From sequence record NC_027364.1: a stretch of 64,000 nucleotides of DNA; one strand, 5' to 3'. Position numbers and translations under genes: made by a program. Below the pieces are notes generated by a model, which saw only the letters and a program-made list of their open reading frames with translations, ran no database searches and was not told the origin of the DNA. Shown in pieces: positions 10,012 through 20,148 of the stretch. Position 1 is the stretch's first letter; every line of letters starts with the position of its first letter.

Positions 10012-11337
10012 TTAGCCAAGAGAGCGTGCTTTACGTACAAGATCAGAGTACTTAGCGATGAAATCTTTAAACGCTGGTACATCTTTAATGGAAATCGCAA
10101 CCTTATGAAGCGTGATGGTACGAATTGCCAGTACTGCCAGTTCTGCTTGAGTTGCAGAGAAGTTATGGTCTAGGAAGGTGATGAAGTTGTTACACAGTTT
10201 ACCCCATTCTTCCACTGGTAGACGTTGTTCTTGCTTCTCATTGAACAGGTCGATAATTTTATAAACCAAGTTCAGAGTGATAAAGTAGTTCGCAGAAATA
10301 TCCAGCGTTGCGTCGATTTCTTTGATTTCACCAGACAGAATAGACATAGTATCTGGTAATTTAGCAACGTTCTCAACGTACTCAATGTATTCAGTTGCAA
10401 CACCTTCACCAACACGACCAGCAATCATTGCACGGAACACTTCTTTATCAATTGTCTTAGTTTTCTTGAGATCTTCGTAGCGTGCTACTGCTTCCCATGA
10501 ACGTGGAGAAGTACCACCACTGTGAGAAGGATCTTGTGGACTAAGTGTGTTAAAGTACTTAGAACCAGTGTTGTTGATGAACGCAACAGTTGCTGGGTTC
10601 AAACGTTTTGCAATCGCATAATCGTTAATCCAATCTTGATGATAAGGAATCATCTCAATGTGAGTCATACGGTCACGCAGTGGTGTAGCAAGAGAGAAAG
10701 TTACACCGCCATCAGTTTCACGGTTACCTGCTGCAAGAATCAGTGCAGTCTTAGGTAGCTTCATCTCACCAACACAACGGTCGAGGATTAGCTGATAAGA
10801 CGCTGCCTGAACAATAGGCATTGCAGAGTTAATTTCGTCAAACAGAATAACACCTTTCCAATCTTCGGACAATTTCAGAACTTTAGGTGCAGCCCATACT
10901 ACCGCAGTTTCAGCTACATAATCTTTTGCTTCGGCAAGCTCAGATTCTTTCAGAAGAGAACCGTCAGTTTTACGGAAAAGCTTCTCTGGTACTGGAATAC
11001 CGCGAAGGTCACTTGGTTCGATTTGAGACAAACGGAAATCGATAAAGTTAGTATCTTGGTCGATTAGTTTTGCTTCAAATGCAGCCAGTTCACGGCGTAG
11101 CTGATCAGCATTTTCAGGGTCAGCTTCGATTTGTTGTTTCATGAACTCGATTTTAGCTACGTTATCTTTACGCAGTGGGTAATTTTCATCAGCGTATTGA
11201 CGAGCGATTGCAGACTTACCGATACCTGGGCTACCCCAAATCATCAGGCTATCTTGAATCATGTCAGCTAGTGCCATTGCTTCTTTAGCTTTCTTTGGAG
11301 TCAGTTTAACGTTCAGGATATCGTTTTGAGTAGTCAT
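10012..11337 (-). CDS. MoxR-like AAA+ ATPase
   Basis: Walker A GSPGIGKS, Walker B VILFDE, AAGNR, LRDR, SPRSW. Confidence 0.88.
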   Translation of the reverse strand: MTTQNDILNVKLTPKKAKEAMALADMIQDSLMIWGSPGIGKSAIARQYADENYPLRKDNVAKIEFMKQQIEADPENADQLRRELAAFEAKLIDQDTNFIDFRLSQIEPSDLRGIPVPEKLFRKTDGSLLKESELAEAKDYVAETAVVWAAPKVLKLSEDWKGVILFDEINSAMPIVQAASYQLILDRCVGEMKLPKTALILAAGNRETDGGVTFSLATPLRDRMTHIEMIPYHQDWINDYAIAKRLNPATVAFINNTGSKYFNTLSPQDPSHSGGTSPRSWEAVARYEDLKKTKTIDKEVFRAMIAGRVGEGVATEYIEYVENVAKLPDTMSILSGEIKEIDATLDISANYFITLNLVYKIIDLFNEKQEQRLPVEEWGKLCNNFITFLDHNFSATQAELAVLAIRTITLHKVAISIKDVPAFKDFIAKYSDLVRKARSLG

Positions 11338-11378
11338 GTATATATTTCCTTTTGTTGGATAAAATCGTTTAAGTTTCT

Positions 11379-11407
11379 ATTATAGCCAATCCGTGGGCAA
11401 AAGTAAA
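11379..11407 (-). promoter_or_regulatory. Sigma70-type early promoter
   Basis: TTTACT-N17-TATAAT. Confidence 0.6.
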
Positions 11408-11506
11408 GGAACTGTGTTAAAATAATTTAACTTATCAGTTCCTTTGTTACTTCATGAATCATCCGTGTGTTTAAAAGGTAAATCTCTTTGCTGTCTTGAT
11501 GTGAAC

Positions 11507-11534
11507 ATTATATCACATCGTTTCAACTTGTCAA
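11507..11534 (-). promoter_or_regulatory. Sigma70-type early promoter
   Basis: TTGACA-N16-TATAAT with TG extension. Confidence 0.7.
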
Positions 11535-11599
11535 TCACTTTTTTTCTTTTTTTTCAAACTCACATCTTGTGTCGCTTGAAAACTTTATGTCTGATGCTT

Positions 11600-11627
11600 A
11601 TTGTATCACATCATTCTATCTTGTCAA
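11600..11627 (-). promoter_or_regulatory. Sigma70-type early promoter
   Basis: TTGACA-N16-TACAAT with TG extension. Confidence 0.65.
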
Positions 11628-11650
11628 CATTTATTTTTAATTCATTTTTC

Positions 11651-12031
11651 TTACATATGAATAGAAAATAACTGTTTAAAATCATCACAACACAATGTTA
11701 ATTCAGTTATTATCATTGCATCTGTCAGATATATGTACTGACCTTCAACATAATAAGGTGAAGTACATATTCTGTCAAGTGATGTAAACATTATAGAACT
11801 TTTAAATTCTCTTTGCAAGGGGATTTTGGTAAATTCATAAAGATTATTTTCTTTACAAATTCCATACCCAAACTTGCTAAGACGTAAACCACCGCCAGTT
11901 CTGAAATTTTCAAAAATTGACATCAGAAGCATACGGTCTGTTATTTCTGAATCTGATTCATGTACTTCCCTAACTTTGGAAAGTACATTATTTTGATATT
12001 CAGTACTGTTATGTGATGGTTCTGGAAACAT
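11651..12031 (-). CDS. Hypothetical protein
   Basis: 126-aa ORF in operon orientation. Confidence 0.7.
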   Translation of the reverse strand: MFPEPSHNSTEYQNNVLSKVREVHESDSEITDRMLLMSIFENFRTGGGLRLSKFGYGICKENNLYEFTKIPLQREFKSSIMFTSLDRICTSPYYVEGQYIYLTDAMIITELTLCCDDFKQLFSIHM

Positions 12032-12034
12032 ATA

Positions 12035-12430
12035 TTAGTCTCCAACAAAACCTTGACGTGCAGCATAAGATGGTGCACCAGGCTCATTATAGTGTTGTAC
12101 GCCTTCTTTGTCAATTGATGGTCCCATACCTTCAGTTCCAAAACAACCTGCAATGGCTTCCAACACTTCTTCATCAGCAACTTCAGTACTTTCATCATTA
12201 TATCGAATGTCAGACAAAATGTCACAGGCTTTTTGTAGTTTATCTACAATTTCTTTTTGGTCTTCACCAGATTTAATCTTATCAACAATATCAATAAGAC
12301 ATTTGGTAATATCCTTAAGAACATCAACTGCTACAACATCGGATTCAACTTCAACTGAAAAACTTTCGTCTTCATCTCTTCCGGTAATTTCGTCTAACGC
12401 TTCAACTAGTTCACGATAATTATATTGCAT
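12035..12430 (-). CDS. Acidic hypothetical protein (putative head-internal)
   Basis: 131 aa, D/E rich. Confidence 0.7.
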   Translation of the reverse strand: MQYNYRELVEALDEITGRDEDESFSVEVESDVVAVDVLKDITKCLIDIVDKIKSGEDQKEIVDKLQKACDILSDIRYNDESTEVADEEVLEAIAGCFGTEGMGPSIDKEGVQHYNEPGAPSYAARQGFVGD

Positions 12431-12431
12431 A

Positions 12432-13412
12432 TTATTTGTCTCCTAAAAATTTCTTGTATTTTTCTTGGAGACTTTCAAAAATATCTTCTACTTCTTCATC
12501 AGAATCATCTTCCAAGTCAATGTTACCTTCAGGTGAATCATCTTCTTCACTTTCATTAACATTTAGTGGGTTATCTCCTAATGCAGTGCCTGGGAATTTT
12601 GGTTCAAATTTATGAACACGATTTTCGTTCCCTTCATTATCATAATACTCAGGTTCTGGACGATTGTCAAGATCTTCATCTACAACACGTCTCCAATAAA
12701 ATTGATTGCCTTTTGCAATTACAACAAAATGGTCACCTTCAACACCATTAGTCTTTAGTTGACCATCACGAACGGCATCAGCTTCTGTTTCATATGGACC
12801 ATAATCAGTACTGTTAGATGGTTCTTCATCTTCAGAGATACTTAGATCTGGTAGAAATTGGGTATCTTTCATTTCTTTATCGGTAGCAGGATTACCCTCT
12901 ACTGAAAAATCTTCGTCTTCTTCTTCGTTAATACCAGCAAGAGATAGCATACGACTAAAATCGAATTCTTCTTCAATAATTTCTTCTTCTTCCTCATCGT
13001 CTTCTTCAACTGATTCTAGTTGAGGTTGACCACTAAGGTCAAGAGAAAAATCTTCTTCACCTTCTACACCTGGTTCTGAAAATTCAGCATCCATACTAAC
13101 TTCATCTGTGTCAGCACCAAAATCACCAACATCAGCGGAAAGATCATCAACTGCCGCTGCTAGTGGGTCTTCAACTGAAGTTTCAATTCCACCAATTTCT
13201 TCTTCAGCACCAATAGAATCGAGATCTAGTGGAGCAATAGGTGGAAGAGATGGAGTCATAGACCCCATAGATGGTACTGGAGCAGCAACTACTGGGTCTT
13301 GACGTTCAGCTTGACCAGCAAGAGCTAACATACGTGATAGAGTTTCCAAATCATCAGATTCTAAACCTGCGATATCGATTTTAACTTGTGCTTCATTAAT
13401 TTTTTTAGCCAT
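12432..13412 (-). CDS. Highly acidic protein, putative prohead core/scaffold-like
   Basis: Very D/E rich, repeated SRMLxLAG motif, several (I/L)xE sites. Confidence 0.5.
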   Translation of the reverse strand: MAKKINEAQVKIDIAGLESDDLETLSRMLALAGQAERQDPVVAAPVPSMGSMTPSLPPIAPLDLDSIGAEEEIGGIETSVEDPLAAAVDDLSADVGDFGADTDEVSMDAEFSEPGVEGEEDFSLDLSGQPQLESVEEDDEEEEEIIEEEFDFSRMLSLAGINEEEDEDFSVEGNPATDKEMKDTQFLPDLSISEDEEPSNSTDYGPYETEADAVRDGQLKTNGVEGDHFVVIAKGNQFYWRRVVDEDLDNRPEPEYYDNEGNENRVHKFEPKFPGTALGDNPLNVNESEEDDSPEGNIDLEDDSDEEVEDIFESLQEKYKKFLGDK

Positions 13413-13434
13413 TTTAAATAAATCCTTTTAGTTA

Positions 13435-14952
13435 TCAATCATTATTATTTAATGATTTTAAAATTTGCACTGTTTCATCCTTTTTACCTGAAAGTAAAAT
13501 GTCAGCAGCAAGTAGAGAAACCTCATCACCACGAGTTAGTAGTACTGTGATTTTTTTAGCATAAGGTGACTCTTTAATTTTAGAAGCTAATGATTGTACA
13601 TCATCACCAGCAATTGTTTCAGATTTAGTTTCTGGTTCAGAAACTTCGTCTGGTTTTTGTTCAGATTCTGGTTCTTTCTTAGGTTCTTCTTTTGATTGAA
13701 TTTGCTCAGTACCAGAGTCTACTTCAGGTGTTTCATCACTTTTAACTTCTTTATCTTGTTCATATTTGGCAAGTAATTTAGCAGCAGTTGCTTTTGGTAT
13801 AAACTTACCATCAGCACTAATGAATCTGTCACCACCAACATACGAATATTCTTTGCCTTGTTTGGATTTAACTTTTGTACCGATTTTCATAGCACCGGAA
13901 TTGTTATGACGGAAAATATCACGCTGTGCTGCTCGTTCAACACTTTTAGAAGCACTTGTGTTAAGTTGCTTTTTACTTTCGATATCATACCACAAGTTAT
14001 TTTTCTTAGCGTATGTTTTTCCTTTAGAAGAAGTCATTCTATAACCGTCAGGAACAGTAATGCTTTCAAATTCTTCAATTTCTTCATCTGCTTCATTAAT
14101 TGATTCTTTAGTTGCAAATACTGGCTGTTTAGCAGGCTGTGAAGCTTGTTGTGGCTTTTCACCTGAACCAAAACGTTGCTCACTATGTTCTTGTTCACCC
14201 GTTAATGTTGGAAAATCACTTGGGTTATTCTTAACAAATTGCTGATATGCATTAATAATTGCATGTGCATTTTGTTCTGGAATTACTACATTACCATCAT
14301 TATCACAAAATTCTTTACCATTCCACTCACAACGTGTATTGCCTTGTACTAAGGTTGATTTGATTGGAATTAGTTTATTTTTAGAAGCTAACTGACGAGC
14401 AATACGCATACCTTCATCTGATAGTTTACGGGTCATTGCTGGATCAACTGCTCGGCCTGATTTCATATCAACAAAACGGTGATTCTTTGGAACAAATTTA
14501 AAACCACTTACTTCCATACCTGCTGGAATTGATATATCATCAGCATATGGTGGAAGAATGTAAAATTTTAATGCATTCCATTCTTTTTGTAGTGTTTCTT
14601 TAGAAACATTATATACTCGATGATCATCTGCCATTAATTCAGTGATGAATTCACTTTCAGTTAATAGAATTCCATCTTTTGAATTGAAACGGTTTTCACC
14701 AATAAATGTACACTCTTTACCTTCAACAATATATTTGTTACCAATCTTATATTCATTTGAAGCTAGATTGTGCTCGACAATCTGTTGTCGAGCACTTGCG
14801 TACATGGATGGGTATTTTCTAGGGTCTACCATTAACATATTATTGTCATTGAACCAGAATCCTTCAAGAAATACATATTTTGCACCAGTATGTGACGTAT
14901 ATACATATCCATTAGGAACTGTGGTAGTTTCAGTACTGAAAAAATTATCCAT
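13435..14952 (-). CDS. Hypothetical virion protein with three internal repeats of about 85 aa
   Basis: VPNGYVYTS..., IPAGMEVSG... and VPDGYRMTS... modules, each ending F.s.DG. Confidence 0.6.
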   Translation of the reverse strand: MDNFFSTETTTVPNGYVYTSHTGAKYVFLEGFWFNDNNMLMVDPRKYPSMYASARQQIVEHNLASNEYKIGNKYIVEGKECTFIGENRFNSKDGILLTESEFITELMADDHRVYNVSKETLQKEWNALKFYILPPYADDISIPAGMEVSGFKFVPKNHRFVDMKSGRAVDPAMTRKLSDEGMRIARQLASKNKLIPIKSTLVQGNTRCEWNGKEFCDNDGNVVIPEQNAHAIINAYQQFVKNNPSDFPTLTGEQEHSEQRFGSGEKPQQASQPAKQPVFATKESINEADEEIEEFESITVPDGYRMTSSKGKTYAKKNNLWYDIESKKQLNTSASKSVERAAQRDIFRHNNSGAMKIGTKVKSKQGKEYSYVGGDRFISADGKFIPKATAAKLLAKYEQDKEVKSDETPEVDSGTEQIQSKEEPKKEPESEQKPDEVSEPETKSETIAGDDVQSLASKIKESPYAKKITVLLTRGDEVSLLAADILLSGKKDETVQILKSLNNND

Positions 14953-14965
14953 GTGTTGATTCTCC

Positions 14966-15508
14966 TTAAGAAAGCATACGTAACAGTTGGTCGCGTTGCT
15001 CTGGACTTAATTTTTGTAGAGCATCAGGGATACTGGAACCTTGTGCTTTTGGTTGTTCTTGTTGTGCTGGTTGCTCAGTTGAGGTCGATTGTGATGGTTG
15101 TAATTCTGAACTTTCTTCGCCACCTTGTTGGTCACGGTAGTCATTCATTATATCACGAGCAGCATTTAATAGAGCAGTACCTACATCTTTTGGTGTAAAA
15201 GAACGACGAGGATTGTTCCCTAAATGTTTAATATCAAGATTGTTACCTTTAAAAAACTGTGCCACATCAGCGTAAGGTACTGATGGTTGAGCTTTACCAT
15301 ATTTACGTCCAACATAACGTTTAAACTCTGCCCATAAGCGGTTGGCTTCAGCACCAACTTCTTGTGCACCTTGTTCAATCTGTCCACTACCAAAAAAGCC
15401 TTTTACTTTTCCTTTTGCACTATCAACTGCACTTTGTGAACGACTATAAGGACGAGCTTCATTTAACTCATTGTCTTCATAATCTAACATTTCATTAAGT
15501 ATACTCAT
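14966..15508 (-). CDS. Hypothetical protein (putative head-internal)
   Basis: N-terminal ILNE...ELNEA motifs. Confidence 0.65.
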   Translation of the reverse strand: MSILNEMLDYEDNELNEARPYSRSQSAVDSAKGKVKGFFGSGQIEQGAQEVGAEANRLWAEFKRYVGRKYGKAQPSVPYADVAQFFKGNNLDIKHLGNNPRRSFTPKDVGTALLNAARDIMNDYRDQQGGEESSELQPSQSTSTEQPAQQEQPKAQGSSIPDALQKLSPEQRDQLLRMLS

Positions 15509-15511
15509 GTG

Positions 15512-16048
15512 TTAATCCTTTTTACCAAAACCAGCACTCATATATTGAGAGTATTTATTGTCTTTTTTCGATGCTTCAATTGCATCATCAACGGCAGTGT
15601 CTGCACGTTGTTGTCCAGCTAAGTCATAACTGTCTTCTGGTTTGCCAAAATCCACTCCAATAACTGGTTCATCAACATCATCAAAATCGATATCATCTTC
15701 CAAATCAGTCATTTCAATTTGACGAGGTTCATCTTTACTACGAACACGAATCAATGCTTCTGTCATGCTTAGTAAATTGCCAATTTCATACATTAGTACA
15801 TTTGATTGAACGCCACGATGACATTTAAAGTCAAACATCCAAATTTCACCACAATCTAATTCATAGAAATCTAATGGTTTTTCCATAAAAATTGTTTTCT
15901 TTAGTGCTCCAATTTCAAACGCATCATAGCGATCCATTAGTCGCTGTGTTACTTTACTAAGTTGTTCAGGTGTTGGTTCAACTGCAAACTTAACTCGGTA
16001 TTCATAAACTGGTTTCTTTTCAGTTAGGATTTGTTGTAATCTATTCAT
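15512..16048 (-). CDS. Hypothetical protein
   Basis: 178-aa ORF. Confidence 0.7.
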   Translation of the reverse strand: MNRLQQILTEKKPVYEYRVKFAVEPTPEQLSKVTQRLMDRYDAFEIGALKKTIFMEKPLDFYELDCGEIWMFDFKCHRGVQSNVLMYEIGNLLSMTEALIRVRSKDEPRQIEMTDLEDDIDFDDVDEPVIGVDFGKPEDSYDLAGQQRADTAVDDAIEASKKDNKYSQYMSAGFGKKD

Positions 16049-16075
16049 TTTAATAACTCCATAAGGTCGTTTAAG

Positions 16076-18183
<2,108 letters not shown>

Positions 18184-18194
18184 TCATTATCTCC

Positions 18195-18971
18195 TTAAAA
18201 TCCTACACTACCAAAAACACGATCAATGATATCTAAACCTTGATTGACATTTTCAGGTAAAAGTGAATTAATTCTGGTACTATACATTTCTTCAATATTA
18301 TCAAATTGTATACAATTATCTGGTTTGATAGTCACTACCATTTCAACTGGAGAACTTGAGCTATAATCTAATGAATCGTATGATATGTTTTGAATAACAC
18401 ATCCGGTTAAAACAAAGTATTCCATAACACCAGCACTGTTATATGAAGAACCACCAATAAATTGATCTACTGCATTTACTAAGCCAGAATTATTTGTTGC
18501 AGCAGTTGCAGCATCTACTAGAGTATCTCTTCCTAGATTTCCTAGTGTATCATCTGAGTTACGTCCACTCAACATCTGTATAACCAAACCAAATTTATAA
18601 GAACCATAATCTTGGTCACTTCTTGAAGTTATTCTGCGTTGAAAGTCAAGTTGTTTTTGTAATTGGCGTGATAATGCTTTTGCTGATGCATTACCAACTG
18701 AATCACGGATAGATATTGTAATTGGTTCCCAATCATGACTACCTATATAGGAAGTATTAGTAGTAAATTGATATAGTTTATGAGTACTAAATGTTACAGT
18801 AGGTCTATCAATTTTATCAACATCTAATGCGATGTGATCACGTTCATCTATATCAGTACCGAAATTATACACAATAACACGAAACTTGTATTTTGCTTTC
18901 GGTTGTAGCATTGAACGATTACGCCCCGATGGTAAAGGAACGCCATATTTATTAATCATGTTATTTGCCAT
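18195..18971 (-). CDS. Tail tube protein paralogue (gp19-like)
   Basis: YGVPL...QPKAKYKFRVI shared with the next gene; WEPITISIRDSVG; LDYSSS. Confidence 0.7.
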   Translation of the reverse strand: MANNMINKYGVPLPSGRNRSMLQPKAKYKFRVIVYNFGTDIDERDHIALDVDKIDRPTVTFSTHKLYQFTTNTSYIGSHDWEPITISIRDSVGNASAKALSRQLQKQLDFQRRITSRSDQDYGSYKFGLVIQMLSGRNSDDTLGNLGRDTLVDAATAATNNSGLVNAVDQFIGGSSYNSAGVMEYFVLTGCVIQNISYDSLDYSSSSPVEMVVTIKPDNCIQFDNIEEMYSTRINSLLPENVNQGLDIIDRVFGSVGF

Positions 18972-19017
18972 AGCAACCTCTTTTTTATTTTATAAGGCAT
19001 TATACTTTATTTAGCAT

Positions 19018-19045
19018 AAAAAAAGCCCCGAATAGATTCGAGGCT
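19018..19045 (-). terminator. Rho-independent terminator
   Basis: gcctcgaa/ttcggggc stem plus T7 on the minus strand. Confidence 0.75.
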
Positions 19046-19066
19046 ATATATTAAGTTTAAATAAAA

Positions 19067-19753
19067 TTAATTTTCGTAGAAGTTACTATCTGGTAGAGTA
19101 GTACTACTAATATTAGTTTGTGCACCAGAAATAGAGGTAGCAGTTGATGGATTACCGAAGCCACTAACTTCATCACCGAACGCTTCGCCATTTGGACCCA
19201 ATTTAGCACAACCATCTGGTTGAACAGTCATTGAAATAACTTGTGCTTCACTTGAGGAATAATCCCAATCACCAAAGTTACTGGATTCAATAAAGCAACC
19301 TTGACATACCCAAGTACTCAATGTTCCTTCAAACAAGTTTGTTGTATTTTCACTATTAGAACCATCAAGTTCTTGAATCCACATTTCGAATTTAAATTGT
19401 GAATCAGTCATGCGAGATTCTTGACTGTAGTAGTTGAATTCTTTACGCATTTGGTTGTATAGTGCTTTAGCAGAAGCATTACCTACTGAGTCACGGAAAG
19501 CAACATCAATTGTATCCCAAGTGTACTTACCTTTATAGTGTGCAGAACTGTTGTAACTATGAACAGTGACATTTTCATGTGATACAGATACTGCCCCAAC
19601 TGTATTGGTGTCTAGTGTAATCATATTACCATCATCATTAGTACCAAAGCCAAAGAAAATAACACGAAATTTGTATTTTGCTTTTGGTTGTTTCATAGAG
19701 ATACGACCACCGCCAGCGAGCGGTACGCCATATCGATCAAGCATTGTAGCCAT
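19067..19753 (-). CDS. Tail tube protein (gp19-like)
   Basis: KGKYTWDTIDVAFRDSVG, GCFIES.NFGDWDYSSSE; downstream of the sheath gene. Confidence 0.75.
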   Translation of the reverse strand: MATMLDRYGVPLAGGGRISMKQPKAKYKFRVIFFGFGTNDDGNMITLDTNTVGAVSVSHENVTVHSYNSSAHYKGKYTWDTIDVAFRDSVGNASAKALYNQMRKEFNYYSQESRMTDSQFKFEMWIQELDGSNSENTTNLFEGTLSTWVCQGCFIESSNFGDWDYSSSEAQVISMTVQPDGCAKLGPNGEAFGDEVSGFGNPSTATSISGAQTNISSTTLPDSNFYEN

Positions 19754-19813
19754 TTATATTCTCCTATTATGGAATGACATCTTTATATTATTTATCTATC
19801 TGGAAGTATATTT

Positions 19814-20069
19814 TTAATTAACTAAAGTGTCATCAACAGGGAACCAATTAATATTAACACAATATAAGTATCTTTTTCGTTTAGTGTGGTCAATATAGTT
19901 TACTGATATAGACCATTTTCCATTTGTGTATACTTCGTATTTTTCAATTATACCGACAATCTTCCAAATTTTTTAAAAATATATTTAGTATGTGTACTGA
20001 TTCCAACTGAGTTAAAACTATTTTACTGACATCTTGTATTGTTTTTTTTAGTATTTCTTCCATATCCAT
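19814..20069 (-). pseudogene. Small gene (about 84 aa) split by an apparent extra base in a homopolymer run
   Basis: AAGGA SD plus ATG at 20069 gives MDMEEILKK...NIFLK. Removing one A from TTAAAAAATT continues into IWKIVGIIEKYEVY...DTLVN*. Confidence 0.5.
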
Positions 20070-20116
20070 AATGTTCCTTTATAACATCAATATAAAGGTA
20101 TTTAATTTTAATCAAT

Positions 20117-20142
20117 AAAAAAGGGAACCTTTTGGTTCCCTT
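20117..20142 (-). terminator. Terminator after the sheath gene
   Basis: aagggaacc/ggttccctt stem plus T tract. Confidence 0.75.
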
Positions 20143-20148
20143 AGTGTT

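Noticed and set aside
19960-19985. T-TTA-AAA slippery site as a tail-chaperone-type programmed -1 frameshift
   Set aside because: The -1 frame stops after a few codons (..GTA TAA); only a +1 shift opens the downstream frame.
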